64,000 nt of DNA from an uncultured Candidatus Rokubacteria bacterium (GCA_963758635.1 CAVWWD010000005.1:416001-480000), one strand, 5' to 3'; shown: positions 1-10,176, counted from the stretch's first letter. Notes: generated by a model from the letters alone, not told the origin. Numbers and translations: made by a program.

Positions 1-1035
1 GCGCGCCGCCGCGTCCTCGAGGCCGCGCGCCATCCGGGCGCCCAGCGCCTCGAGCCGCGCGTACACGGCGGGGTCGGCCAGGGCCCGGAGCGTCGCCAGG
101 CCCGCGGCGACCGCCAGCGGGTTGCCGGAGAGCGTGCCGGCCTGGTACACGCCGCCGAGCGGCGAGACACGCTCCATGAGGTCGCGCCGGCCGCCGTAGG
201 CGCCGACGGGAAGCCCGCCGCCGATGATCTTCCCCAGGCACGTGAGGTCCGGGCGCACCCCGTAGAGCGCCTGGGCGCCGCCCGGCGCCACGCGAAAGCC
301 GGTGATGACCTCGTCGAAGATGAGGAGGGCGCCGTGCTGGCGCGTGATCTCCGCGAGGCCGGCGAGGAAGCCCGGCGCGGGCGGCACCACCCCCATGTTG
401 CCGGCCACGGGCTCGACGATGACCGCGGCGATCGCAGCACCGCGCGCGGCGAACGTGCGCCGGACCGCGTCCAGGTCGTTGAACGGCAGCGCGATCGTGA
501 GGGCGGCGAGCGCGGCCGGCACGCCCAGGCTGTCGGGCACGCCGAACGTGGCGCCGCCCGAGCCCGCCTTGACGAGCAGGCTGTCGGCGTGGCCGTGATA
601 GCAGCCGTCGAACTTCACGATGGCGTCGCGACCGGTGGCGCCGCGGGCGAGCCGGATGGCGCTCATCGCCGCCTCCGTCCCCGACGAGACGAGGCGCAGC
701 ATCTCCACCGCGGGCATCGCGCGGCTGATCACCTCGGCCATCTCGACCTCGCCGCCGGTGGGGGCGCCGTAGCTCGTGCCCCGGCGCACGGCGGCGGTGA
801 GCGCCTCCACGAGGGCGGGCGCGGCGTGGCCCAGGATGAGCGGCCCCCACGACCCCAGGAAGTCGATGTACGTGCGCCCATCCACGTCGGTGATCCGCGC
901 CCCCTCGGCGCGCGCCACGAAGAACGGCGTGCCGCCGACGCCGCGAAACGCGCGCACGGGGCTGTTGACGCCGCCCGGGATCAGCGACTGGGCGGCGGCG
1001 AAGAGCGATTCGGAGCGTCCCATGGCGTCGGTCAC
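1..1035 (-). CDS. hemL: Glutamate-1-semialdehyde 2,1-aminomutase (runs off window start)
   Basis: Manual translation of minus strand: [26 protein letters not shown]..., [42 protein letters not shown]. Start is GTG 1035 (overlapping the upstream stop) or ATG 1023. Confidence 0.95.
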   Translation of the reverse strand, partial: MTDAMGRSESLFAAAQSLIPGGVNSPVRAFRGVGGTPFFVARAEGARITDVDGRTYIDFLGSWGPLILGHAAPALVEALTAAVRRGTSYGAPTGGEVEMAEVISRAMPAVEMLRLVSSGTEAAMSAIRLARGATGRDAIVKFDGCYHGHADSLLVKAGSGGATFGVPDSLGVPAALAALTIALPFNDLDAVRRTFAARGAAIAAVIVEPVAGNMGVVPPAPGFLAGLAEITRQHGALLIFDEVITGFRVAPGGAQALYGVRPDLTCLGKIIGGGLPVGAYGGRRDLMERVSPLGGVYQAGTLSGNPLAVAAGLATLRALADPAVYARLEALGARMARGLEDAAAR

Positions 1036-1508
1036 GGCGTCACGCTCTCCGTCGACAGCGGCGTGGGGGTGAACTCGCGGCGCGCCGGGTCCCAGACGTA
1101 CGCCCGGACGTCGTCCACGCGTCCGCTCAGGACGGACATGACGACGTATACGGCGTCCGGATACGCGGGGTCGCCGTCGATGAGGGCGTTCTTCCGATCC
1201 GTCTCCGAGAAGTACGCCCCCGCGTCGATGTGCGAGTGGTAGATGGTCGCGACCCGGTAGCCCTCGGCCTCGCGGCGCCCGATGTTGAGGAGGTCGCGCG
1301 GATCGATGTAGTACGCGGTGCGCGCGTCGCGCGGGTGCCGCTCGGGATCGCGGGCGTGGAGCTGGTCCTGGACGTTCCGGCACGGGAAGAAGATGCGCTG
1401 GGGCGGCTCGCCGCTCCGCGACAGGATGACGCCGCAGCACTCCGCCGGGTACTCGGCCGCGGCCTGCGTGCGGGCGCGCTCGAGCTCGTCCGGAGTCAGG
1501 ATGGTCAC
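1032..1508 (-). CDS. M67/JAMM metallopeptidase (Mec-like, CysO-cysteine peptidase family)
   Basis: JAMM motif E(CCG)...[15 protein letters not shown]; adjacent to a sulfur carrier and cysK. Confidence 0.9.
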   Translation of the reverse strand: MTILTPDELERARTQAAAEYPAECCGVILSRSGEPPQRIFFPCRNVQDQLHARDPERHPRDARTAYYIDPRDLLNIGRREAEGYRVATIYHSHIDAGAYFSETDRKNALIDGDPAYPDAVYVVMSVLSGRVDDVRAYVWDPARREFTPTPLSTESVTP

Positions 1509-1891
1509 GGGACGCGGGGCTTCCCGCTGTGGGCACCCGGGCCTGGCCCGTCCGCCGCGTGCGCCCGGGCCGCGGGCCTCGTTCGACCGTGTCGTGCATC
1601 CACGGACGGGCCCGCGCTCCCGCCGGCGAGGGCGGGGATGATCGAGACCTCGTCGCCGTCCTTCAGGACGGTGTCCAGGCCGCGGAGCGACTCGATGGCC
1701 TCGCTGTTCACGTAGATGTTGACGTGACGGTGCACCGCGCCCGTGTCGTCCCGCATCAGCCCACGCAGGCCGGAGAAGCGCGTCTCGAGCCCGTCGAGGA
1801 GGGCGCCGACGTCGTCCGCATCCACGGACACCTGCGCCTGGTTGTTGGTGGCGCGCCGGAACGGCGTCGGGATGTAGACGTTCACACTCAT
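1505..1891 (-). CDS. MoaD/ThiS/CysO-family sulfur carrier with 37-aa extension after Gly-Gly
   Basis: [10 protein letters not shown]...VNIYVN...[16 protein letters not shown] is a typical ubiquitin-like sulfur carrier, followed by an extra tail. Confidence 0.88.
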   Translation of the reverse strand: MSVNVYIPTPFRRATNNQAQVSVDADDVGALLDGLETRFSGLRGLMRDDTGAVHRHVNIYVNSEAIESLRGLDTVLKDGDEVSIIPALAGGSAGPSVDARHGRTRPAARAHAADGPGPGAHSGKPRVP

Positions 1892-1896
1892 GACGA

Positions 1897-1977
1897 ATGA
1901 GCCCCGCGCATCAGACTAATGCCGAGCGGTGGGACTGTAGGGGCCCGTGGCGTTACCGTATTCTGCGAGGGTCATTA
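1897..1977 (+). repeat. Dispersed ~80-bp intergenic repeat family A, copy 1
   Basis: ATGAGCCCCGCGCATCAGACT...GCCGAGCGGTGGGAC...TACCGTATTCTGCGAGGGTCATTA; homologous to 12041-12122 (inverted) and 13212-13283. Confidence 0.9.
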
Positions 1978-2925
1978 GATCTGCACGCTCAGATAGCGTT
2001 CGCCAGTATCGCACAGCACCGTGACCACGATCCGGTCGGCGGGGAGCCGCTCCGCGACCTGACACGCCGCCCACACGTTCGCGCCCGCCGAGATTCCCAC
2101 CAGGAGGCCTTCCTCGCGCGCGAGCCGGCGCGCGGTGGCCATGGCGTCCTCGTCGCGCACCGCGATGACCTCGTCGAGGACCGAGCGGTTCAGGATGCCG
2201 GGCACGAAGGACGCGCCGATCCCCTGGATGCCGTGGGGGCGAAACTTGCCGCCCGCGAGCACGGGCGAGCGCGCGGGCTCCACGCCGACCACGCGCACGC
2301 CGGGCACGCGCTCCTTCAGGACCTCCCCCACCCCGGTCACGGTGCCGCCGGTGCCCACCGCGGCCACGAACACGTGCAGGCGCCCGTCGGTCGCGTCGAG
2401 GATCTCGAGCGCCGTCGTGCGCCGGTGCGCCTCCGGGTTGGCCGGGTTCTCGAACTGCTGGGGCATGAACCAGTCGGGATGCTCGCGCAGCATCTCCTGG
2501 GCCGCGAACACGGCGCCCGTCATGCCCTCGATGGCCGGGGTGAGATGGATCTCCGCCCCGAACCGCGCGAGCAGGCGCTGGCGCTCCGTGCTCATGTCGT
2601 CGGGCATGGTGAGGATCAGCCGATACCCCTTCACCGCGCACACCATGGCCAGCCCGATCCCGGTGTTGCCGCTGGTGGGCTCGACGACGGTGGCGCCCGG
2701 CTGGAGCGCGCCCCGCCGCTCCGCGTCCTCGATCATCGCGACGGCGATCCGGTCCTTCACGCTGCCCCCGGGGTTGAGCGACTCCATCTTGGCGAGGACG
2801 GCGGCGCCGCCCTCCCGGGGCAGACGGTTGAGCCGCACGAGCGGCGTGCCGCCGACGACCTCGAGGACGGATGCGGCGACCACGGAGCGGCCCTGCCCGA
2901 GTCGTGTCTGTGTCATGCCATCCAT
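1975..2925 (-). CDS. cysK: Cysteine synthase A
   Basis: KMESLNPGGSVKDRIA (PLP Lys), EPTSGNTGIG, GTGGT, HGIQGIG, DTGERYLS. Confidence 0.95.
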   Translation of the reverse strand: MDGMTQTRLGQGRSVVAASVLEVVGGTPLVRLNRLPREGGAAVLAKMESLNPGGSVKDRIAVAMIEDAERRGALQPGATVVEPTSGNTGIGLAMVCAVKGYRLILTMPDDMSTERQRLLARFGAEIHLTPAIEGMTGAVFAAQEMLREHPDWFMPQQFENPANPEAHRRTTALEILDATDGRLHVFVAAVGTGGTVTGVGEVLKERVPGVRVVGVEPARSPVLAGGKFRPHGIQGIGASFVPGILNRSVLDEVIAVRDEDAMATARRLAREEGLLVGISAGANVWAACQVAERLPADRIVVTVLCDTGERYLSVQI

Positions 2926-2952
2926 TCCTATCGGGAAGTGAGGAACGATCGC

Positions 2953-2997
2953 AAAAAAAGAGCGCTCCCGCGGGACGACCCCACGCGGGAAGGCATC
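2953..2997 (-). terminator. Intrinsic terminator-like hairpin plus T7 in the cysK leader
   Basis: Minus strand TTCCCGCG-TGGGGTCGTCC-CGCGGGAG-CGCTC-TTTTTTT. Confidence 0.6.
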
Positions 2998-3027
2998 ATC
3001 GACGCGGTCGGGCTGAGCTTGGCGATC

Positions 3028-3079
3028 GTTTCCACGGCATTTCCGTATGCGCTCCGCTCGCCTACGACTCGCTTCGCAA
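3028..3079 (-). repeat. Dispersed repeat family B, copy 1 (core only)
   Basis: Plus strand GTTTCCACGGCATTTCCGTATGCGCTCCGCTCGCCTACGACTCGCTTCGCAA matches the cores at ~19905-19956 and ~21022-21074. Confidence 0.85.
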
Positions 3080-3085
3080 ATCAGG

Positions 3086-3532
3086 TCAGATGTGGTACAT
3101 GGGCCGGGCCGCGCTCCGCCGGTCCTCGGCGCGGCGCCGCAGATCCTCGAGCGTCACGCGGTCGACCACGGAGGCCACCGCGTCGGCCACCTCGCGCCAG
3201 AGGTCACCGAGCTCGGCGGCCGGATCTCCCCCCGTCGCCCGGCCCCGCGGGCGGAGCACGTCGCCGCCCTCGGGCGCGCCCTCCACCGCCCTCAGGACGT
3301 CCCCGACCGTGATGCGCTCGGGCGAGCGGCCGAGCCGGTAGCCGCCGGCGGAGCCGCGCTTGGACTGCAGCAGGCCTACGCGCTTGAGCTGGAGCAGGAC
3401 CTGCTCGAGGTAGCGCTGCGGGATGCGCTGGCGCGCGGCGATGTCCTGGATGGGCGACAGGGTCTCGCCGTCGTGGAGCGCCAGGTCCAGCAGCGCCCGG
3501 ATGGCGTACTCGCCCTTGGCGGAAACCCTCAC
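3086..3532 (-). CDS. Rrf2-family transcriptional regulator, CymR-like
   Basis: GTG 3532 start, (M)[17 protein letters not shown]...YLEQVL...[11 protein letters not shown]; no IscR Cys triad; ends MYHI. Confidence 0.9.
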   Translation of the reverse strand: MRVSAKGEYAIRALLDLALHDGETLSPIQDIAARQRIPQRYLEQVLLQLKRVGLLQSKRGSAGGYRLGRSPERITVGDVLRAVEGAPEGGDVLRPRGRATGGDPAAELGDLWREVADAVASVVDRVTLEDLRRRAEDRRSAARPMYHI

Positions 3533-4512
3533 ATGCGTCCGTGCTCGATGACGCGGGCCGCGTCCTTGGCGAAGTACGTGATGATGATGTCGGCCCCGGC
3601 GCGACGGATGCCGGTGAGGGCCTCGATCATGGCCCGCTCCTCGTCGAGCCACCCGAGCTGGCCGGCGGCGCGGATCATCGCGTACTCGCCGGACACGGAG
3701 TACGCGGCCACCGGCATCCCGAAGTCGGCCTTGACCCGGCTGATCACATCGAGGTACGGCAGCGCGGGCTTCACCATGACGATGTCCGCGCCCTCGTCCA
3801 CGTCGAGGGCGACCTCGCGCATGGCCTCCATCGCGTTGGCGGGGTCCATCTGGTAGGCGCGCCGGTCGCCGAACTGGGGGGCGTTGTCCGCCGCCTCCCG
3901 GAACGGCCCGTAGAACGCCGAGGCGTACTTCGCGGAGTACGCGAGGATCGGCGTCTCCTGGTAGCTCGCCTCGTCCAGCGCCTCGCGGATCGCGGCCACG
4001 CGCCCGTCCATCATGTCCGAGGGCGCCACGATGTCCGCGCCCGCCTCCACGTGCGAGACCGCGGTGCGCGCGAGGAGGTCGAGCGTGGGATCGTTCCGCA
4101 CGCGCCCGTCCTCCACCACGCCGCAGTGGCCGTGGCTCGTGTACTCGCACAGGCACACGTCGGTGACCACGAGGAGGTCGGGAATGGTGTCCTTCACCGC
4201 GCGCACCGCCTGCTGGATGATCCCGTCCTCGGCGTACGCCTCGCTGCCGCGCGGGTCCTTCTCGTGGGGCAGGCCGAACAGGAGCACGGCGGGGATCCCC
4301 ATCGAAGCAACGTCCTTGCACTCCTTGAGGAGCTCGTCGATGCTGAGCTGCGCCTGCCCCGGCATCGACGAGATGGGCTCGCGGACCCCGCGGCCGTGGA
4401 CCACGAAGTACGGCATCACGAGGTCGTCCACGGAGAGCGTGGTCTCCCGCACCATCTTGCGCAGCAGCGCCGACTCGCGGAGGCGCCGGGGCCGGTACAC
4501 GGGGAAGGGCAT
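3529..4512 (-). CDS. hemB: Porphobilinogen synthase
   Basis: [50 protein letters not shown]. Confidence 0.97.
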   Translation of the reverse strand: MPFPVYRPRRLRESALLRKMVRETTLSVDDLVMPYFVVHGRGVREPISSMPGQAQLSIDELLKECKDVASMGIPAVLLFGLPHEKDPRGSEAYAEDGIIQQAVRAVKDTIPDLLVVTDVCLCEYTSHGHCGVVEDGRVRNDPTLDLLARTAVSHVEAGADIVAPSDMMDGRVAAIREALDEASYQETPILAYSAKYASAFYGPFREAADNAPQFGDRRAYQMDPANAMEAMREVALDVDEGADIVMVKPALPYLDVISRVKADFGMPVAAYSVSGEYAMIRAAGQLGWLDEERAMIEALTGIRRAGADIIITYFAKDAARVIEHGRM

Positions 4513-4514
4513 GC

Positions 4515-5300
4515 TCAACGTCCTTTCTCTGAGAAGTGATGGGCGATCGCGCCGGCGAGGGCCGGGATCGTGTAGTCCGTGGGCATCACGTGGGTGGCGA
4601 GGCCGTGCTCGGCCGCCGTCGCGCTCGTCACGGGCCCGATGCACGCGACGGTGACGCCGGCCATGAGCCGGCCGAGCTCCTCGCGCGGAAACAGCGCAGC
4701 GAAATGGCGCGCGGTGGAGGAGCTGGTGAAGGTCACCGCGTCCACCTCGCCGCTCCGGAGCGCGGCGCGCACCGCGTCGGCATGCTCGGCCGCCGGGCGC
4801 GTGCGATAGGCCGCCACCTCGTCCACGCGCGCGCCCATGGCCTCGAGCTCGCGGACCAGCAGGTCGCGCGTCTCGGCCGCCCGGGCGAGCAGCACGCGGT
4901 CACCTGCTCCCACCAGGCCGCGGAGCCGCGCGGCCAGGCCCTCGGCGATGAACTCGTCGGGCACGACGTCGGGCGTGAGGTCGAGACGCCGCAGGGCGTC
5001 GGCGGTGGCGGGGCCGATGGCGGCGACGCGCGGCCCGGCGAGCGCGCCGGCGTCCTGGCCGCGCGCGCCGAGGCGGCGCTGGACCATGGCCACGCCGTTG
5101 ACGCTCGTGAAGATCAGCCAGCGGTAGGTGCCAATGGCGTCGAGCGCCTCGTCCAGGGGCTGCCACGAGGCCGGCGGCTCGATGGCGATGGTGGGCAGGG
5201 CCACGACGCGGGCGCCCAGCTCCTCGAGGAGGGCCTGGAACCGGCCCGCCTGCTCGCGCGCGCGCGTGACCAGGACGGTGCGGCCCGTCAGCGGCCCCAT
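4515..5300 (-). CDS. hemD: Uroporphyrinogen-III synthase
   Basis: [38 protein letters not shown]. Confidence 0.92.
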   Translation of the reverse strand: MGPLTGRTVLVTRAREQAGRFQALLEELGARVVALPTIAIEPPASWQPLDEALDAIGTYRWLIFTSVNGVAMVQRRLGARGQDAGALAGPRVAAIGPATADALRRLDLTPDVVPDEFIAEGLAARLRGLVGAGDRVLLARAAETRDLLVRELEAMGARVDEVAAYRTRPAAEHADAVRAALRSGEVDAVTFTSSSTARHFAALFPREELGRLMAGVTVACIGPVTSATAAEHGLATHVMPTDYTIPALAGAIAHHFSEKGR

Positions 5301-5322
5301 CACGTCCGCGGCGCCGCTCCGT

Positions 5323-6240
5323 TCACCGACTCTCAGCAGTGTCCTCCACGATGGCCCGCGCCCCGCGCCCGAGGAGCTCGTCGGCGAGCTCGTATCCGAG
5401 CGCTCTCGGGTTCGCCGGCGATCCCGTGACCGAGGCCGTGAGGACTCTCGAGCCGTCCGGGGTCGCCACCAGGCCGTCCAGGACGAGGGCCTCGCCGCGC
5501 CGGCGCGCCAGCCCCGCCACCGGCGTGTGACAGCCGGCGCCGAGGCGATCGAGGAACGCGCGCTCGGCCTCGGCCTGGATTCGGGTGTCAGTGTGGTCCA
5601 CCCTCGACAGAAGTTCAAGCGCACGCGCGTCGGCGGCGCGGGCCTCCACCGCCACGATGCCTTGCCCGGGCGCGGGCAGGAACGCGTCCACGGGAAGCGG
5701 GCGCGCGCGGTCGAGCCCCGCGTCGAGCCGGCGGAGGCCCGCCATCGCCAGCACCACCGCGTCGTAGAGGCCCTCGTCGAGCTTCCGGAGCCTGGTGTCG
5801 ACGTTGCCCCGGATCGGAGCGACCCGGAGGTCGGGCCGCAACGCCCGCACCGCCACGCTCCGCCGGAGGCTGCCGGTACCCACGACGGAGCCGGCAGGCA
5901 GGTCCGTGAGGGTCCGGCCGTTCCGGCTGACCAGCGCGTCGGCGGGGTCTTCGCGCGGCGGGAACGCGGCGAGGCAGAGGCCCGGGGGCACGGCGCTCGG
6001 CATGTCCTTCAGGCTGTGCACACCGGCGTCCACGCGGCCGTCGAGGATCGCCTCCTCGATGCGCCGGACGAAGAGCCCCTTCCCGCCGAAGTCGGCGAGG
6101 GACGCCTCCGGCATCTCGTCGCCCGACGTCCGGATGATCACCACCTCCACCTCCGCCCCGGCGGCGCGGAGGCCCGCGGCGACCTCCTCCGTCTGGATCA
6201 GGGCGAGCCGGCTGCCGCGTGTGCCGAGCCGGAGCTTCAC
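5323..6240 (-). CDS. hemC: Hydroxymethylbilane synthase (porphobilinogen deaminase)
   Basis: GTG 6240 start, KLRLGTRGSRLAL, GGKGLF, VHSLKDMP, IRGNVDTRL, GAGCHTP. Confidence 0.95.
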   Translation of the reverse strand: MKLRLGTRGSRLALIQTEEVAAGLRAAGAEVEVVIIRTSGDEMPEASLADFGGKGLFVRRIEEAILDGRVDAGVHSLKDMPSAVPPGLCLAAFPPREDPADALVSRNGRTLTDLPAGSVVGTGSLRRSVAVRALRPDLRVAPIRGNVDTRLRKLDEGLYDAVVLAMAGLRRLDAGLDRARPLPVDAFLPAPGQGIVAVEARAADARALELLSRVDHTDTRIQAEAERAFLDRLGAGCHTPVAGLARRRGEALVLDGLVATPDGSRVLTASVTGSPANPRALGYELADELLGRGARAIVEDTAESR

Positions 6241-7533
6241 CGTCCCTGCTCCGGGTCGTCCCGGCGGGTGAGGCCGAACAGCTCCGAGATCGTCTCCGTC
6301 CAGCGCCGAGACTGGCCGGCGCGCGTGGAGTCCTTCAGCTTCACGATCGGCGCGTGGAGCACCTTGTTCACGATGGACTGGGACATCTGCTCCAGCACCT
6401 GTCGGGTCTCTGGCGTGGCCCCGGGCAGCCGGGCGAGGGCGCGCTCGAGCTCGGCCTGGCGGATGGACTCGAGCTTGTCCTTGAGCGACACGATGGTGGG
6501 CACCACGTCGAGCTGCCGGAGGCGCGCGGCGAAGCGCGAGACCTCGCGCGCCACCAGCCGCTCCGCCCGCTGGGCTTCGCGCTGGCGCTCCCGCAGGTTG
6601 GACTCGACCACCGCCTGGAGGTCGTCCACGTCGTAGCGGAACACGCCGCCGAGGTCGTTGACCTCGGGCGCCACGTTCCTGGGCACGCCGAGGTCGATGA
6701 GGAAGAGCGGGCGCCGCCCACGCCGCGCGAGGGCGGCCTGCACGTCGGCGATACGCACGATGGGCTCGGGCGCGGCCGTCGACGCGATCACGATGTCCAC
6801 GTCGCCAAGCAGCCGCGCGAAGCGGTCGAAGGGGACGGCGGTGCCGCCCAGCTCGCGCGCGAGCGCCTCCCCGCGCGCCGCCGTGCGGTTGGCCACGTAC
6901 GGCGGCAGCGCGCCGTGCTCGCTCATGTGGCGGGCGGCGAGCTCGGCCATCTCCCCCGCGCCCAGGAAGAGCACGGTCTTGCCCTCGAGGCTCCCGAAGA
7001 TCTTGCGCGCGAGCTCCACCGCCGCGAACGAGAGCGACACCGCGTGCCGGCCGATGCCGGTGTCCGTCCGCACCTTCTTCGCGACGTTGAAGGCCGCGGC
7101 CATGACGGCGTGGAGCACGGTGCCCACGGTGCCGCACGACTGGGCGAGCAGGAACGCGTCCTTCACCTGCCCCGTGATCTGCGGCTCGCCCACCAGCATG
7201 GAGTCCAGGCTGGCGGTGACGCGGAAGATGTGGGCGACCGCGTCCTCCTCGAGCTTCGTGTAGAGGAGCGGCTCGAGCAACGGCCAGCGGCACGCCGCGC
7301 TGCGCGCCGAGCTGGCGGAAGACGGCGGCGCGGGCCTCCGACGGCACGTCGGCCGCGCCGTACACCTCCACGCGGTTGCACGTGGACAGCACCGCGATCT
7401 CGGCGGCCACCCCGCGGCCGACCAGGTCGAGCAGCACCTCGCGGAGCTTGTCCTCTTCCAGCACCAGCCGCTCGCGCACCTCGATCGGCGCGGTGTGGTG
7501 GCTGAGGCCGGCCGCGAAGAGCACCGGGGTCAC
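6237..7533 (-). CDS. hemA: Glutamyl-tRNA reductase (apparent frameshift near 7285)
   Basis: GLSHHTAP, LSTCNRVE in one frame; SLDSMLVGEPQITGQVK, LGAGEM, DLGVPRN in the next frame. Confidence 0.93.
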
Positions 7534-7648
7534 AGTCCGTGCCTGCCCGTCCTCGGCCAGCCCACGAAGAGCACCGAGGTCACAGTCCGTGCCTGCCCGT
7601 CCCCGGCCAGCCCACGAAGAGCGCCGGGGTCACAGTCCGTGCCTGCCC
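7515..7648. repeat. 50-bp tandem repeat, ~2.7 copies, spanning the ccsA stop and hemA start
   Basis: CGAAGAGC(A/G)CCG(G/A)GGTCACAGTCCGTGCCTGCCC recurs at 7515, 7565 and 7615. Confidence 0.95.
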
Positions 7649-8436
7649 CGCATCAGCACGCCCGCGCCGAGCGTGAGCAGCAGCGTGCCGAAGCCCGCCA
7701 CGGCGAACCAGGCGGCGCGCCGCCCCTGCCAGCGTCCGACGGCGCGGCCGGACAGCGTCACCGCGTAGACCAGCCACATGACCACGGAGAAGAGCGCGAG
7801 CGGATCGAGGGAAAACGGCGCGCCCCCGAGGTGCCGCGACCACACGATGCCGAGGACGATGCCCGCGGTGAGGAACGGAAAGCCCACGGTGAGTGTCCGG
7901 TAGGTCAGCCGGTCGAGGGTCTCGAGCGAGGGCAGCCGGTAGTACCACGTGCCGGGCCGCTTGGCCTTGAGCTGGCGCTCCTGCAGGAGGTACATGAGGG
8001 CCCCCGCGAAGTTCACGACGAGGGCGGCGAGCCCCACCAGGGCGAGGCTCACGTGGGCGACGGTCCAGAGCGCGGGCGCCGTGGGCGGGAGCGCGATGGC
8101 GCGGAGCCCCGTGGGCAGGAGCAGTCCCAGGACCAGGACCACCGGCAGCACGAATACGCCAAGCACGCGGGCGTGGTAGCGGCGCTCGGCCCACAGAAGC
8201 CACGCCACCAGGGTCCAGATCATGATCGACACCGCCTCGGCGAGGCTCAGGATCGGCGGCCGGCCCGTCTCCACCCACCGGATGGCCAGCGAGACCGTGT
8301 GGCAGACCCATCCCGCCCCTGCCACCAGGTCCACGAACGGCATGAGCCCCTCGCGGCGCCCGGCCAGGGACGCCGCGGCGGCCACCGCGGCCAGGATGTA
8401 GGCGGTGAGGGCAACGTCGAACAGGACGGCGTTCAT
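7630..8436 (-). CDS. CcsA/CcmC-family cytochrome c assembly membrane protein
   Basis: MNAVLFDVALTAY; multiple hydrophobic segments; MYLLQERQLK, LPSLETLDRL, GFPFLTAG; usual position before hemA. Confidence 0.85.
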   Translation of the reverse strand: MNAVLFDVALTAYILAAVAAAASLAGRREGLMPFVDLVAGAGWVCHTVSLAIRWVETGRPPILSLAEAVSIMIWTLVAWLLWAERRYHARVLGVFVLPVVLVLGLLLPTGLRAIALPPTAPALWTVAHVSLALVGLAALVVNFAGALMYLLQERQLKAKRPGTWYYRLPSLETLDRLTYRTLTVGFPFLTAGIVLGIVWSRHLGGAPFSLDPLALFSVVMWLVYAVTLSGRAVGRWQGRRAAWFAVAGFGTLLLTLGAGVLMRGRHGL

Positions 8437-9317
8437 GACGCGGGCGACGCGCCCCCGGCCGCGTCGTCGAGGAGGTGAGCCAGGGACGGCGTGGGACGGC
8501 GGTAGCCCCGGCTCATCGCGCGCACATCGAGGTCGGGCGTGCTCCAGTCCTCCACGAGCGCCGAGCCCGCGGTGAAGCGCCGCCGGCGGTCCACGCCCTT
8601 GAGGTAGCTCCGGCACGACCGGCAGGCCTCGACGATGTCGCCGTCCTCCAGGGTCTCGTCGGTGAGGGCCACCACGGCTCCCGGCTCGACCGTACCGCAG
8701 AACGCGCAGCCCGGAGCCGCCGCCGCCCACGCGCCACCGCACAGGTGACAGGACAGCCGGCGCCGGCCGCCGGCCACCAGCTCCACGAAGGCCGGCGGAC
8801 CGCCACACCACGGGCAGGGGCGCGCCGGCCAGACTCCCTCGGGCATGGCGCGCACGCGCGAGAAGTACGCGTCGAGTCCCGGGCGGAGGCCGGCCTGAGC
8901 GAGGAACGAGAGGATCGGCGCGGGCACGCCGATGCGCTCCTCGATGGAAGCAGGCCCCCCCTTGCCCGCGCCGAGGAACAGGTCGCCGGGTCCGAGGCCG
9001 CCCGCGTCCCAGGTCTCCGCGAAGCGCCGGAGCGCGTCCAGGTGCCCCGCCGCGGCCAGTCGTTCGAGGACGGGTCCGATCTGCGCGTCGAGCGCCTCGC
9101 GCGCGAGATCGGGCGGGGCTTCCACGATCAGGGGGACACCGCGCTCCCAGCGCTCGCGGCACTGGCTCGCCGTCCATGCGAGCGGCGCGAGCGACGCGGC
9201 CGGCCAGGTCAGCCAGCCGTCGAGGATGGGCGTCCAGAACGCGAGGGCCCTGGCGCGCGCGGGACGCCGAGCGAGCGCCCGATCCCATTCCGCGCGGAGC
9301 TCGGCGAGATCGGTCAC
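8433..9317 (-). CDS. fdhE: FdhE-like formate dehydrogenase accessory protein
   Basis: CPWCG, CHLCG, CAFCG, CRSCRSYLK, DWSTPDLD. Confidence 0.8.
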   Translation of the reverse strand: MTDLAELRAEWDRALARRPARARALAFWTPILDGWLTWPAASLAPLAWTASQCRERWERGVPLIVEAPPDLAREALDAQIGPVLERLAAAGHLDALRRFAETWDAGGLGPGDLFLGAGKGGPASIEERIGVPAPILSFLAQAGLRPGLDAYFSRVRAMPEGVWPARPCPWCGGPPAFVELVAGGRRRLSCHLCGGAWAAAAPGCAFCGTVEPGAVVALTDETLEDGDIVEACRSCRSYLKGVDRRRRFTAGSALVEDWSTPDLDVRAMSRGYRRPTPSLAHLLDDAAGGASPAS

Positions 9318-10099
9318 GGGGCGCTCGCCGCCGGGGCGAGCGACGCGGGCGCGTCGAGGTCGAGCGCGGTGCCCGCGTAGCAGTTCAGGCCGTCCGAGCG
9401 CACGTAGCCGGCGACGGTGACGCCGAGCTGCTCGGCGAGGGTCACCGCCATCTCGGTGGGTGAGGTGCGCGACGCCACCAGGGGGACCCCCATGCGGCTG
9501 GCCTTCAGAAGCATCTCGGACGAGATGCGGCCGGTGGAGAGGAGGATGCGGTCCTCGGTGGGGATGCCGCGCAGGAGCGCCTCGCCCTTGATCTTGTCCA
9601 CCGCGTTGTGGCGCCCCACGTCCTCCGCGACGATCAGGAGGCGCTCGCCGTCGGACAGCGCGGCGCCGTGGATGCCGCGCGAGGCGCGGTAGTGCTCGCA
9701 CGCGGCCTGGAGATCGCGGACGCGCGCGCAGACGTCGTCCGGGCGCACGCGGAGCGTCGAGCGCAGGCGGGGGAACAGGCGGGGATCGATGCGGAAGGTG
9801 ATCCCGCCCCCGCAGCCGGAGGTGAGGATGCGCTCCGTCGGCAGCGTGACCGGCGCGGCGAGCCGCACGTCGGCGCGCCCGTCCACCTCGGAGACGTCCA
9901 GGGACACGATGTCGTGAAGGCCGGAGATCACCTTCTCCATCCAGAGATACCCGAGGACCAGCGGCTCGAGCGAAAAGGGCGAGCACAGGAGCGTGAGGAA
10001 CCGCTCGCCGTCGACGTAGACCGTGAGCGGCTGCTCGCCGACGACCTCGGCGGTGACCTCGCGAACGCTCCCGTTCCGGAGCGAGACGTACGTGCGCAT
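9314..10099 (-). CDS. fdhD: Formate dehydrogenase sulfurtransferase FdhD
   Basis: EQPLTVYVDG, TSGCGGG, EDVGRHNAVDK, STGRISSEM. Confidence 0.92.
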   Translation of the reverse strand: MRTYVSLRNGSVREVTAEVVGEQPLTVYVDGERFLTLLCSPFSLEPLVLGYLWMEKVISGLHDIVSLDVSEVDGRADVRLAAPVTLPTERILTSGCGGGITFRIDPRLFPRLRSTLRVRPDDVCARVRDLQAACEHYRASRGIHGAALSDGERLLIVAEDVGRHNAVDKIKGEALLRGIPTEDRILLSTGRISSEMLLKASRMGVPLVASRTSPTEMAVTLAEQLGVTVAGYVRSDGLNCYAGTALDLDAPASLAPAASAP

Positions 10100-10176
10100 G
10101 CGCCTATCGTGCCCGCGCGCCCGCGCGAAAAGCAAGGGTCCCCCGCCGAGACGGCGCCGCGCTCGGCCGTGTCCGC

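Noticed and set aside
5323..7533. HemA-HemC fusion protein
   Set aside because: Results from the hemA frameshift; hemC has its own GTG at 6240 overlapping the hemA stop.
7515..7648. CRISPR array
   Set aside because: The spacers are near-identical and only 16 bp, the repeats overlap coding ends, and there are no cas genes.
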